Translations under genes and position numbers: made by a program | Source: Azolla caroliniana | Taxonomy: Eukaryota > Plantae > Polypodiophyta | Assembly: GCA_043228905.1 (NCBI GenBank) | Contig: JBHGNT010000001.1 | Location: 16,492,001 to 16,556,000, forward strand | Reading direction: 5' to 3' | Length of the DNA: 64,000 nucleotides | Shown here: in pieces, positions 1 to 12,593 of the stretch | How positions within the stretch are numbered: position 1 is the first letter of the stretch | Layout of the letters: the number at the start of each line of letters is the position of its first letter | The notes under the pieces: generated by a model | Told to the model about the DNA's origin: nothing | The model's database searches: none | What the model saw: only the letters and a program-made list of their open reading frames with translations

Positions 1-1305
1 GAGTGAGGTAAAGTCGGCCATGTTTGCAAAGGGCTAGAAAGTTGAAACCGACTTGAAATTGTGGCATAAGAGAATCGGCCACATTAATCTCCAAAATCTG
101 CAGAACATGCAATCGAAAGGAGTCGTAATCGGACTCCTGAACCTTACGGCGAAGGAGATTACAGGCGTATGCGAAGCATCTCAGTTCATAAAGCAACGCC
201 GCCACCCATTCCCTAAAGAGCAGAATGTGAGCAAAGGAATCCTAGATGTCGTACATTCAGATGTGTGGGGACCAGCCCAGACAACAACATTCGGCGGATG
301 TTGATAGTATGTCACGTTCATCGACGACTTCTCTAGGAACACCTGAATCTATCCGATGAAGCAGAAGAGTGAGGTGTTTAGGCACTTCTAGAGATTCAAA
401 GCCGAAGTTGAAAAAAATACGGGTCGGCATGTACGCTGTCTTCGATCAGATGGAAGCAAAGAATATTTTTTGGATGAATTTACGGCGTATTTCCGAAAAG
501 AAGGAATTCGACGAGAGTTCTCGTGTCGACACATGCCTCAGCAAAACGGCGTAGTAGAGTGTAAAAAACGCCATGTAGTAGAAGTCGCATGAACCATGAT
601 GAACGAGAAGAACCTGTCGAAATCATATTAGGCATAAGCAACAAATACAACCATATATCTCATGAACAAGTGCACAACCTCGGGAGTACACGATATAACT
701 CCGCATGAGAAGTTCTTCGGAAAGAAGCCGTACTTGTCACATGTCCGCATTTTCGGTTCTATCTCCTACGTACATATTCCCGAGGATATGTGACAAAAAC
801 TTCACACAAAGTCGGAGAAATGTATCCTCATAGGATACTCACTCGAACAGAAGGGGTACAAATGCTACAACCCATCTACCCGTAAGGTTCAAACAAGTCG
901 AGACATGTAGTCTTCGATGAATACGCATCTTGGTACGCACCAGAGAATACTTCGACTCCAACCCCGCTCGACGTGGATGACACTGCAATAGAAATAGAAG
1001 TTGAGGATCGGCTCACACAGATGTTAGAAGACAACCCAATTACGACATGGCTGAGTGGGCCATCAGAGCCGCCGAGCGATGAAAGCACATCTCGGCCGAG
1101 TCTGAAGCTGGACAAAGGGAAGGTGAAAATGCGGGAATATGAAGATCAGGAAGAGATCGAGATGCTTCACTCTCTTGATAGTGAATTTGAAGATCTCGAC
1201 ATCCGCATAGATTGAGCGAAGAAAGCCATACTCCCCACGGATCGAGAGCTACGCCGATCCACACGTGAAAAGAACCCCGTAAACTGCTACGGCTACGACG
1301 AATAC

Positions 1306-2955
1306 ATGGCGTATCACTACACTTTTATGATGAAAGTAGCGTCAGTACGGGAACCGGAAACGCTTTCCGAAGCCGCAAAGGATCCGCGATGGGTCGACGG
1401 GATGAATGAGGAGATGGAAGCTTTATGCAAAAACGAGACATGGGATCTTGTTCCTCTACCCCCGAACAAGAAAGCGATTGGCTGTAGATGGATATACAAA
1501 GTAAAATACATTGCCGATGGATCCGTAAATCTCTTCAAAGCACAACTCGTTGCGAAAGGCTACGCGCAAACACACGACATAGACTACGAAGAAACCTTTG
1601 CCCCGGTGGCAAAGAGGACAACTGCATGGACAATAATTGCACTCGCCGCAGCGAAGGGATGGCACCTCCACCAGATGGACGTGAAAAATGCTTTCCTCCA
1701 AGGAGAGTTACAAGAAGAGGTGTACATGATACAACCACCCGGATTTGAATTGCGTAAACATTCGCACGCCGTATGCCAACTCAAGAAGCCACTCTATGGC
1801 CTCAAACAAGCCCCACGTGCTTGGTATTCGAAGATCATGCAGTATCTTCATCAAGCTGGATTTCGGATGTCAAAATCCAATACTTCTATGTACATCCGAA
1901 ATGAGTCGGATAGCCCGATCATCATCATCCTATACATGGATGGCTTGGTCATCGGAGGAAAGATTCTCGCCGAGATCAACAAAGTCAAAACACTTCTCTC
2001 TGGTAGATTCGAAATGAAAGACCTGCACAAACTCCATTACTTCCTAGGCATTGAAGTAATTCGGACACCAGTCGGGATAATTATCTCACAACGACACTAT
2101 GTCCTCAACTTACTCTACAAGTTCAGAATGACCGAGTGCAAGCTTGTGTCTACCCCTCTCGATCGTAACCTAAATATTGATGGCAATTCCGGAACCGCTG
2201 AGAGCGAGCCGACTCAATATCGACAACTGATTGGTAGTTTGATCTATCTAACCATTACGTGACCTGACCTCAGTTATTCGGTCGGCCTACTTAGGCAATT
2301 CATGCAGAATCCGCAAAACCTTCATCTTGATTATGCTAAGAGGATACTACGGTATTTCAGTATGACAATGGCTTACGACATCATGTATAAGTCGAACACG
2401 ACTATTTGACTCGAAGGGTACACCGATGCGGACTGGGCAGGCTATAAAGCGTATAGACGATCCACCTCCGGATTTGTCTTCTCCCTCGGCAGCGGAGCAA
2501 TATCTTGGAGCAGCAAGAAACAACCGACAGTCGCACTATTGAGCACAGAAACCGAATATAGGGGCGCAACAATCGCCACATGCGAAGCCGTATGGCTTAA
2601 ACGCATACTAAAGGATCTGGGTGTTCCCATCAAGGATCAAATACGTCTCTACTGCGACAACATGAGCAATATCTACCTGGCGCGGAACCCCGTATTCCAC
2701 GGGTGGACTAAATATATCAAAGTGCATTACCACTTCATCCGCGAGCGCGTACATGCCGGTGAGATTGATCTACAACATACCAATACGCACGTCCAAGTTG
2801 CTGATATATTTACAAAGGCCTTAGGAGTCGACAAGCTCGAGCAATTTGCATCGGACCTTAGTCTCACGACATCTATATTGCCGAAGTTGAGGGGGAGTAC
2901 AGGTACAGGAGACATGGAAGCAATACGCAATGATACGCAACACATATGCAATTGA
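1306..2955 (+). pseudogene. Copia-1 reverse transcriptase + RNase H, disrupted
   Basis: ORFs 1306-2262 and 2539-2955 carry RVT_2 and copia RNase H motifs ([26 protein letters not shown]). YVDD is mutated to YMDG and there are in-frame stops. Confidence 0.9.
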
Positions 2956-3049
2956 TCGAGTACTCGAGTACGCAACACAACCGACTAGACAAGTCGAAGT
3001 ACGAACCGAACAACCTTCTCGACAGATAGAAGTTGTGTTCGAAGGGGCG

Positions 3050-3347
3050 TGTTGAGAGTCGAACTCAACTTCCCATAGATAGGTTTCACACTAGCTCATG
3101 GACATGTTGGGCTAGTTTTGTAAATAGTAGAAAGGGCACTTGCCCTAGCTTAGTTGGTATATAAACCAACACATTGTAACTTAGTTACTATTGGATGTTT
3201 TATGTTTGATGTATTTTTGGTTAATATACAGTTTTTCTATCTCTGCCTTAAGAGCTCTCTCTCTCTCTCCCTTTGTTGCCTCACACACACGCACTCTCAA
3301 TCTTCTTCTGCTGCATTGCAATCACTCTTGCCTCCCATCCCATTACA
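3050..3347 (+). repeat. 3' LTR of Copia-1
   Basis: Starts tgttgagag right after the PPT, has tatataaa near 3158, and ends ttaca where the host integrase frame (..KLRFR|W) resumes. The partner LTR is not in the window. Confidence 0.7.
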
Positions 3348-3450
3348 CACCGAAACCGTAACTTCCCCGGCATGCTGCCCATCCGGGTCTGGAAAACCAA
3401 GACCGGTTTTCCAATGCCGAATTCCTTTTCGTTGCCGCATCGATGCTTGT

Positions 3451-3907
3451 TGTCAGGGCCAAAGTTAGGAATGAGTTTTAAAATGAAGAAGAAAATGAGA
3501 TGTGAAAGATATGAGAGAGATAAGAAGAATTTGATAATGTATTAACAACGAGAGCAATGTTTACAAGAATATGCCGAAGACTGGCGTTGAACCAGAATGG
3601 TTCATCAATAGTCAAATACATGTTTATATAGCATGGTTTGGATACATGCATGCTCGCTACCTCATAGGCACGCATGATCGCCACTTGGCATTCATGCAAG
3701 CATGACTCTTGGCAATCATGCGTTAGCCTATTCAAGGTGGCGACATTTCAATAATATTATTATATGTGTTTCCTATTGATATAATAGAATTTATTATTTA
3801 ATATATACAATATGATGTATCCTATTGGATGGGGTTGTATGCCTTCTTTGAGGATGTCATGGGTTCGAATCACCATAAAGCTTATTGGGTTTTGTATACA
3901 CATGGCA
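3451..3907 (-). repeat. solo-1: solo LTR of a chromovirus related to C1-C3
   Basis: 5-bp TSD cttgt (3446-3450 and 3908-3912). Shares gactggcgttgaacca..tggttca and catgggttcgaatc with the C1/C2 LTRs. Host integrase FVD|KHR joins across it. Confidence 0.88.
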
Positions 3908-4309
3908 CTTGTCCACAAAGGTTTTCTGTCGTCGTTGCTCTAGCTCTAGCTATAGTAAGCTAGTTATCTGATGCTCCTCTAGTTCGCACAACGTTGCCAA
4001 CCGGATCTTCTTCGACTCCTTTACACTCAAGCGCTCTTTGACTTGTATTTGTAAACTCAGAATCTGAAACTCGATTGGCATGCCAACTTCCAATCCGAAT
4101 GCTAACTAGAACGGGGTTGTGTGTATGCTTGTCTTGTAGGTTGTTCGATACGCCCATAACACACTCTGCAATTTTGTGTTCCAATCCGTTCGGTTTTCGT
4201 TGACGATTTTCCGGAGTATATTCTGTAGTGTCTTGTTTGTGGGTTTGGCTAGTCCGTTTTCTTGTGGGTAGTACGGGGTACTACGTTTGTGGACTACCGT
4301 ATACCACGT

Positions 4310-5087
4310 TGTCGTGATGATTTTCGTCCATAGTGAGAAAACCGAATGGGATAAAGAAAATGGGGATGTGCAACATTGCACATGCACTTGTACATTTGTA
4401 TATAAAAATAAGATAACAAAATGTAAAGGGGAAGGGCATTAACCTAAGGTGACAAAGGTGCTCCACGGAGTTTGTTAAGTGTAAATGCGATGTGCACTTG
4501 GTGGACTAGATAGAGGTACGTGAAGAATAAGTGAAGGGAGTAATAGGCATTGAATAGGATGGCTAGAGGAGTGAGAGTTATGGCCAACGATCTCAAGATC
4601 GAGATCAAATATTCTCCTTTGAAAAGGATAAGAGGGTTTGACCACTCTTGTAATGTGCCTTACCCCTTACTACTATAAAAGGGAGTGAGGGGTCACATTG
4701 GAAGGGGTTGCCCATCTTGAGAGAGAGAGGTATACCACTTAGGTCAAGGGTTTCCCCTTTCGGTTTTAGGGTTTGTTTAGGGTTTCGTTTAGGGTTTCTT
4801 CTTCATCTTCTTTACTTGCTTATCCGGTTAGGGTTTGTTATACCGTTTGGTGCGACCTATGCGGCCTTGGTTGTAATCTTTTGTGAACTCTTTATATAGC
4901 TTGTTGATCTTCTTGCCTTGTGGGTGTATCTTGATTCTATTTTATTCTATGTTTATGTGCTATTCTTCCTCTTCTCCCCTTGAGCTAAGCCTCCATTTTG
5001 GGTCTTATTCCTTCTCTTGTACTCCCTAGTCCAAGACCCCCATGGTCTCGCCTCGGATCCTACACGTACTCACGGAATAACGCGACA
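4310..5087 (+). repeat. solo-2: solo LTR of the K/L gypsy family, 4-bp TSD
   Basis: Termini tgtcgtg...cgcgaca, TSD acgt (4306-4309 and 5088-5091), ctataaaag near 4674. Both ends are homologous to the reverse complement of the L LTR (61901-62584). Confidence 0.9.
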
Positions 5088-8000
5088 ACGTCGTGAGGCT
5101 CTCCACAACTTGGCCCAGGAAGTGTCCTCCTTGATCGTTGATTAGTTCAATTGGACAACCATACCGACACCATATAAGCTCGTATAGAAACATTGTTGTG
5201 GATGCAGTCGTATTATCCCTGAGTGCCTTGGCTTCCACCCATTTCGTGCAGTTGTCGGTGGCCACAATAATGTTTCTGTTATCGGTCCTCATTGCCGGTA
5301 GTTTGAATGGTCCGACAAAGTCCAGTCCCCATTTTTGGAATGGTTCTAATGGTAATACCGGGTGATGGGGTATTCGGGCCTGCTCCGTTGGTTGGCCTAA
5401 TCGTTGGCAGAGGTCACATTCCTTACCGTACCTGATGGTGTCTTTTAAGGTTGTCTGCCACCATAACCCGCTTTGCTATATCTTGCGGGCTGTCGCGTAG
5501 CTGGCATAATGGCCTCCGGCTATTCTGTAGTGGGATTCTCTTAAAATCGTTTCTTTTTCGTCGTTGCGCACCACCCGCCGCCAGATTCCATCTACCCCTT
5601 TGTGATATAGGGTATCCTAGATGAGGCAAAAGTGGCGGCCTCAGACCGCTAATATCTTCCGTTCGTCCCGATCCATTTTGTCGGGAGGTAATCCGGTGCT
5701 CAAGAAATGATGCATGTTTGTAAGCCACTTATCCTCCTGAGCAATTGTTGAGTCGGTTGCCGATTCGGGGAACTCGTCTCATGCTCCGTCTCCTGCTTCA
5801 CTGGATTCTAGCCGGCTCAAGTAATCGGCTACTGCGTGCTGCGCCCCGGGTCGATGGTAGATGTCGAACTCAAATTCCTGCAACAGTAGTGTCCATCTTG
5901 CTATTTTCCCGGTTAGCGACACCTTAGACACCAAGTAAATCAGTGCTGAGTGGTCCATGTGAAATGAAAACTTCCGCCCTAGCAAGTAGTGTTGGTACTT
6001 GGTTACGCTATACGCCATTTTGAGAGCCTCCCTTTCCGTTGTGGAGTAGTTGCGTTCGGCCTTCGAGAGCTTCCGGCTTGCATAGTACATCGGCCGGTAC
6101 CACTTCGGTTCGGTGAGTTGCATAAGGACACTATCGATTGCTATGTCCAATGAGTCGACAAACACATGGAAACTCTTCGTCCAGTCAAGAGGTTGCACCA
6201 CCTGGGCTTGTGACAACATTACCTTTAATGCTTGGTAGGCCTTTTCCTCCGGCTTCGCCCATTGAAAGGGCAATCAGTGCACTGCTGCATGTAGTGGTGT
6301 CGCGAAGTCAGCCAAGTGCCGTAGCATTCGACTATGCCACCAGATTTATCCTAAAAACCGGTTGAGGGCTTTTGCGTTATTTGGTGCGGGTGCTTCCAGG
6401 ATTGCCCTCACCTTGTCGGGGTCCACCGCAATTTCCTCCTTACTCACAATGTGGCCCAACAACTTGTAGCCGCTAAATCCTTCTAAAAAATTATATACTT
6501 TGTGCCCAACCACCGCATCCTACACACCGTCCATGAACGGGAGTGGGAACACATCCGTTACTCTGGCCGCATTCAGCTTCTGGTAGTCCACGCATACCCG
6601 AACCTTACCATTTTTCTTAGGTACTACCAAAATCGAGCTCAACCACGTTTCTTGCTTTACTGGCTGTATGAACCTGACTCTCAGCAGCTTGTCGATTTCC
6701 TCCTTGACTTTCGTTGCGTAATTGGGATTCATTCAGTATTGGCGTTGTGCCACTGGTTTGGCGTCCGTGTTGAGGTGGATCTAATGCTGATAAAGTTGGG
6801 GATCCAATCCTCTCATATCCTCGTAGCACCATGCGAACACATCTTGGAAACTTGTGAGTAATTCGACCATCGCCTTCTTTATGTCCCGTGGCATTTTTTT
6901 GGCTACGTTCACCGGTCTAGGTGTGTCGTCGGTACCAAGGTCCACTTCCTCGAGATGGGATGCTTTTACTCTTTGGGATATAATCATTTCCCTTTCCAAT
7001 GATTCTTGTGCTTGTCGTAACTCCCAGATCGCTTCTTGATCCGGCCGGTCCGTCTGCTTCCTTTCCCGGGTTCGTCACATATGGTATGACGGCTTCGGTT
7101 ATGTCTACCTCAAATAATGGCACAATCTTCGGGTGCTCTTCCAAGTAACGGTCGACTTCTTCGTCAACTAACCCGTCCAACATGTTGATGCTCTCCGCAT
7201 ATAGGGGGGTTACTTCCTTACTAGGTCCTACCCGTGGTTGTGTCAGTACGCGTACTTTGGTCTTTCCTCGTCGAAAGGTGATTACATTCTTTTGCCAGTT
7301 TTGTTTTATGTGCATCGTCCGTAGCTATGGTCTTCCTAGCAACAGGGGATAGGCCCCTTGCACATTAAGTTGTAATACTACTGCCGATATCCGGAATGTG
7401 TATCTTTTGATTGTGATATCCAAGTTCCAGATCAGTCTAGTTGGTCGAACCGAACTTGTATCCTCCATTCTTAGCCAGAATGGACATGGTTCCCAATCTT
7501 GGATTCCCAAGGTGTCACATGTCCCCTTGCTGATGACGTTCACCCCAAACCACCGTCAATAATGGTTTCAATGGTTCCACTGTGATGGTCGGGCTGCTTG
7601 TGTCCACCACTATCGGTCCTTCCTCTAGATTTGAGAAGAATACCGGTGCCGGTTCCTGATTTGGTGCAGTGAATGTTGTTTTGAGCCCTTCAGTGAACTG
7701 GGGGACTAATTGTAGTAGGCCCCCCAATGGTAACACGATCTGGCATTCTTGTAATTCCTGCCAAGTTGGGTCCTTGTCGGTACTCTTTACGGGCTCCTTC
7801 GGATGTATGTTTTGTTCCTGTATCTTGACCACTTTACATTCATTGGCTTTCTTGATCCATTCGGTGGCTTGCTTCTGGATATACTTCTGAGTTTCCCACT
7901 CGGCCACTTTTCCTTTGGAACGGGTAGTGACTTGTTGGGCGTCGGTAACTTTAGCGGTGACCATGTTTACCGCCGGTTGTTTTTCGTTAGCCTTGACCAG

Positions 8001-8461
8001 ACATTGGTTGCTATAACGCCCATCCTTCCGGCAATAATAGCAATATGGCTTTCGCTTGCTGCTTGACTCTCTCTTGTCCATGTTCCCGATTTGTGCATCG
8101 GAGGTTATCCGGCGGTTGTCATCCGTTTGTCGTTGCTTCGGTGGTGTCACAATGATGTTTGTGCTTCCTTGATTGTACTCTCTAGCTGCTTCTCGACGCT
8201 CTTCCCTACGAAAATACCCTCATTTTTTGTTGCGTCGGAAATTCCAGTTTCCTTGTTGTTTTGGATAATGTCTATCATCTCTTCTCCGATCGTAATCCGG
8301 AGATTAGTCCCGTTCATACCGATCTCGGTTGTAGCCTTCCCTGCGTCGGTCATTGCGATTGCGCTCATAGTCGTCGCGTCTTCTATCATTGTACTGATCC
8401 CCACGTTCTGGTCGGTAACGGTCCTCCCTCCGGAACCGTTGTCATAGTGTAATTCGCACAC

Positions 8462-9329
8462 TATGTGAAAAACACATTTTTTGTCTCTCCGAATAGGACA
8501 TGAAGAGTACCCGGTGAGAACCGGATGAAGAAGGCCGGTGAGAGTCAGTGAGAAGAGAACCGGTCAAAACCGGCAAGGAGGGAGTGGCAAGGAGGACCTG
8601 GTAAGGAGACCCGGTAAGAACCGGATCAAGTAGACCCGGTAAGAATCGGATAAGGAAAACCGGTGAGAACCGGATGAAGAGACAAATTTGTAAATAAAAG
8701 AAAAGATTGTTACATGCATAGGGCAAGATTCAAACCCTATATCTCCATGTTAATAATGTAAAGCCTTACCATTACACTAACATATCATTAGTGTTAAAAA
8801 AGTAGACGTCCTCATAGAAAGGTAAGTGCACAGTAGGATAAACTTTAGTTAGAAGAAAACGCATGATAAAAGAAAAAGCTACGCATGCACATGTAGCGCG
8901 CATGAACACCATAGTTGATAAAAATGCATCAAGTTAGAAAACGTAGGATCACTTTAGAAAGAGCATGTTAGAGAAAGCATAGAGTCTATCTATAGAAAAA
9001 GCATGGATTGTTAAGACTCTCTCATCACTATATAAGGATGAGGAGCACAATGTAATGGGGGTGTGTGGAATATTTGGAAATTGGATATATTTCCTAAAAC
9101 ACCAATTAATATAATATATTCGTGGGATTCACGAATTTGTGATCAAAATTGTCTCTTACTATCTAAATATTGATTAAATACACTAAACTCGTGGGATTCA
9201 CGAGATTCATAACTTACCCATCTTTCTACCTATGCTTTACTAGCCTTATCTCATTTTCTTCTTTCTCCTAGTCCAAAACCTCAGGGGCTCCCACCCGACT
9301 CACACAACGATCCGGAGCCAAAAGGCACA
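8462..9329 (+). repeat. solo-3: solo LTR with CCGG-rich tandem repeats, 4-bp TSD
   Basis: TSD acac (8458-8461 and 9330-9333). Termini ta(g)tg...caca, TATA near 9029, and a 3' end resembling solo-2 (ctagtccaa). Host gag is continuous across it. Confidence 0.75.
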
Positions 9330-9931
9330 ACACCGTTTGTTGTCTGGTTCGTAACTACTACGTAGTTCAATGTTCCGCACCGGTGCCGCTTGTCGGTTGA
9401 GCAGGTTGTACTCACATCGGTCCGTTGTGTGTGCTCGTGAGTGGCATATCATACACTGCATCCTCATTGTGCAGTCTACCGTAGAGTGGCCCGGGTTTAG
9501 ACACGTTGTGCATTACAACGCTTGGCGAAACCTGAGATCCTCCTTATTTGAAAGGGCCCTATGAAGGGCTCCCATCATCATCAAGGAGCTTTGTTTATCC
9601 ATTTCCAGCACCCGATCAATGACTTGATCCATCGTGCTGGCCTGGAAATCCAGTACTGCGCACATCGTTCGGAGGGGTTCCTGTAGAGCGGCTAGGAACA
9701 CCACTTTCGCCTCCTCTTCTGGAGGAGCCCTTCTCAACTGGTTGTGTAGTGTTTGAAATCGGATGATAAATTGGGGCACTGTCTCGTGCTCCTCTTGGTG
9801 GGTTGTGTAAAACGGACCGACTAGTTCGCGCTGTTCCACTTGCCTATGGAATAGTCGAAGGAATTTTGTTTTCAAGGCTTCGAATGTGGCAAAGCTTCCG
9901 GATAGATGTTTTGCGTGCCAGTGGGTCGCCG

Positions 9932-10342
9932 TGTTGAGAAGCAAGCTCAACAAAGGTATGTGATGCTTATTGAGAAATAAGCTACAGTAGCTATTAGCTA
10001 ATTAGCTACTAGTGGACATAAAGGTGAAACAACTATTTAGTTATGAATAGCTATTTAGCTACTGGCAGCTAATTAGCTGCATATGTAAGTCACTTATAAC
10101 TTAGGTAAAATAGTAAGTGTAGTAAGTAGTAAGGAGAATAGAGAGAGTAATGCAGTGAGAGTAAGAACAGAAAAATAGAAAACAGACGAGAGCGAGTTGA
10201 GCTCTACGTGTGATGAAGTAGAAGCTTTTTGTACTGTGTAGAGGTAAGCCTCCTTCCCTTTCCCTTTCTTTCTTGAGCACTAAAAGATCCAACACATCAT
10301 GATCCGCTGTGCACACAGAAGAGCCGTAGCGCCTTTGTAACA
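9932..10342 (+). repeat. Copia-B 5' LTR
   Basis: tgttgagaagc...tgtaaca, followed by a tRNA-iMet-type PBS. Direct repeat of 32790-33236. Confidence 0.95.
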
Positions 10343-10469
10343 TGGTATCAAAGCTGAGTTGCTCATAAAGAAGATTAGAACAGTACAGATCTGAGAAAGG
10401 TTGGTGCTCTGCTTGCTGATCTGAATCGGAGAGAGAGTTGTCTGTGAAGTTAACCCTAGTTGAAAGAGA

Positions 10470-12082
10470 AAATGGCTACATAGAATGCAAGCCAAATAGT
10501 CACAGAGAAACTGGATAAAAACAATTTCCCGGCGTGGAAATTCAGAACGACAAACTTCCTTATGGGGAATGGATATTGGAATTATATTGAAGGAGACCTT
10601 GAAGAGGCTCCAAAGATCCCTGAAGAAAATGCATCTGCTGCTCAGATTAAAGCATTTAAGGAATGGAACCAAGGGGCAAGAAAGGTATTGCATTGGTTGT
10701 CACTTAGCATCAAAGATTTGATGCTTGGACACATACAGGATGCTATGCTTCCAAAAGAAGCTTGGGACAGTTTGGTAAAACTGTTTGCAATGAATACAAA
10801 GGCAAGAAAGCTCTAGTTGAAGACTAAGCTAAATACTCTGGAAAAAGGTAAGATGTCAGTGAATGAGTATGCTCTGAAAATAAAGAGCATATGTGAATCG
10901 CTTGCTTCTATCAATGTGAGGATAGAAGATGATGATAAGGTGGAAATATGCTTAAGAGGTTTAGGACCTCAATATAAAAGCTTCAAAACATCTATTCTCA
11001 CAAGGGATAGCATCCTAAGTTTTCCAGATCTGGTTTCAATGCTTGTAGTAGAGGAAAGAAATCAAATGGATGATGTAAAAAAAGGAAACACTGAGACTGA
11101 GGGGCAAGTCCTCTACAATAGTGCTGGAAGAGGCCGAGGAAGAGGCCATGGAAGATTTGGTTCAGCTAGAACCAACAACAATTATCAAGGAAGAGGACAA
11201 CATGTTGTAAGTGGAAGAAACAACATCAGAGGCAGGGGGAGCAATTGAGGAAAAGGTAAGCCAACCTAATTGAATGATGATGGTTGTTGGTATTGTGGAA
11301 AAACAGGCCACAGACAAGCTAAATGCTATAAAAAGAAAAATGATGAAAAAAGAGTGAAGAGATAGCAAAATAAATATGCCTCAACTAGTGAAGACTGTGA
11401 TAAAGATGGTGCATTTGTGATGCAACATGAAACCACAATAGTGGCTGAATGTTCACAAAGATGCAATGAAGAGTTTATGTGGTATGTAGATTCTGGGGCA
11501 TCTAATAATATGACAGGACATAAAAACTGGTTTGAAAGGTTAAGGGAATTAGAGATTTCTGGTTATGTACAGACAGGTGATAATACTACTCACCAAATAG
11601 AGCATTGTGGGAAGAAAAAGGAAAAACAAAGTATATGTTGAATGTTATGCATGTTCCAAACCTTGCAAAAAATTAGATTTCTGTTGGACAGATAGTAGAG
11701 CAAGGAATGCAAGTGAAGTTTAAGCAAAGTGGATCCTTCATAGAGAAAAATGGAAAGCTCATTGCAAAAGGAAAACGAGAAGGAAGGATGTTTGTGTTAG
11801 ATGTGGATATGCCTAGGAATATTACAACCATGTTTATAGAAGGTATGAGGGTAATCTCAGAAGTGGAAACGTGCCATAAAAGAATCGGTCACATAAGTAT
11901 GCAAACATTGAAAAATATGTTGAGGAAAGATGCAATGGCTGGGTTGCCTAAGCTCAAAGACTGTGACATGGGAAAAATATGTGAAGCATGTCAATATGGA
12001 AAACAAAACAGGTTGCCTTTCCCTCATGAAAGACATATAAGTAAGAATCTGTTGGATTTGGTACATACGGATGTATGGGGAC
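10470..12082 (+). pseudogene. Copia-B gag (UBN2, zinc knuckle), protease and integrase N-terminus
   Basis: ORFs 10562-10816, 10817-11248, 11417-11641 (WYVDSGASN) and 11707-12090 (CEACQYGK, HTDVWG), with stops. Start approximate. Confidence 0.88.
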
Positions 12083-12520
12083 TGTCATGATATGGCAAGA
12101 CTCGAACCCATGACCTTAGATTATATGGGTCGAGCTCTTGACTATTAGACCATCTATTGTAATACATAAGATATTATTTTCATTTACATTTTATTATAGG
12201 AAATTAGTGTATAATCTAGATTTCTCTGGAACACTCTAGAAGCTTCAGGATTACTCCTGAAAACGCTATAAAAGAGGGCACTAGGCATTATGTTGAACCA
12301 AATTGGTTCAACGCCAGTCTTAAGCCTTTTAGCCACCATTGTATATTCTCTTCATATAATACATATCTTTCTTATCATCACTCACTCTCTCTCTGGATCT
12401 CTCTCTCTCTCTCCCCGTCTCGCTCACTCCTTCCTTCTCTCGAAGAAGTTCTACACCTCTCATAGTACTAATCCTTCGTTTAGTACTAATTCATTCTCTG
12501 TCACAGTATTGTTCCTGACA

Positions 12521-12534
12521 GTTTGAACCAATTT
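12521..12534 (+). promoter_or_regulatory. Putative self-priming PBS of C1 (gtttgaaccaattt)
   Basis: Lies directly after the 5' LTR. ttgaaccaattt is the exact complement of aaattggttcaa at 12300-12311, about 30 nt downstream of the LTR TATA box (12268). Confidence 0.75.
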
Positions 12535-12593
12535 TTCTACCTTCTATCTCTCTCATTTCCTACTAATCTCTTATTCCTCTTTTCTTTCATCCC

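Larger units (their letters stand above)
1..3347 (+). mobile_element. Copia-1: degenerate Ty1/copia retrotransposon (5' part outside the window), inserted into the integrase of Gypsy-A
   Basis: GAG-pre-integrase/integrase (LWHKRIGH, HSDVWGP) at 53-870, RT (ORF 1306-2262, HQMDVKNAFLQG) and RNase H (ORF 2539-2955) in copia order with stops. PPT-like gaaggggcg at 3041-3049. Gypsy-A integrase resumes at 3348. Confidence 0.92.

Noticed and set aside
9513-9953. Track ORFs that cross insertion junctions (also 4106-4387, 32988-33677, 51838-52101, 59405-59896, 60388-61920)
   Set aside because: These are chimeric read-throughs between host and inserted elements, not genes.
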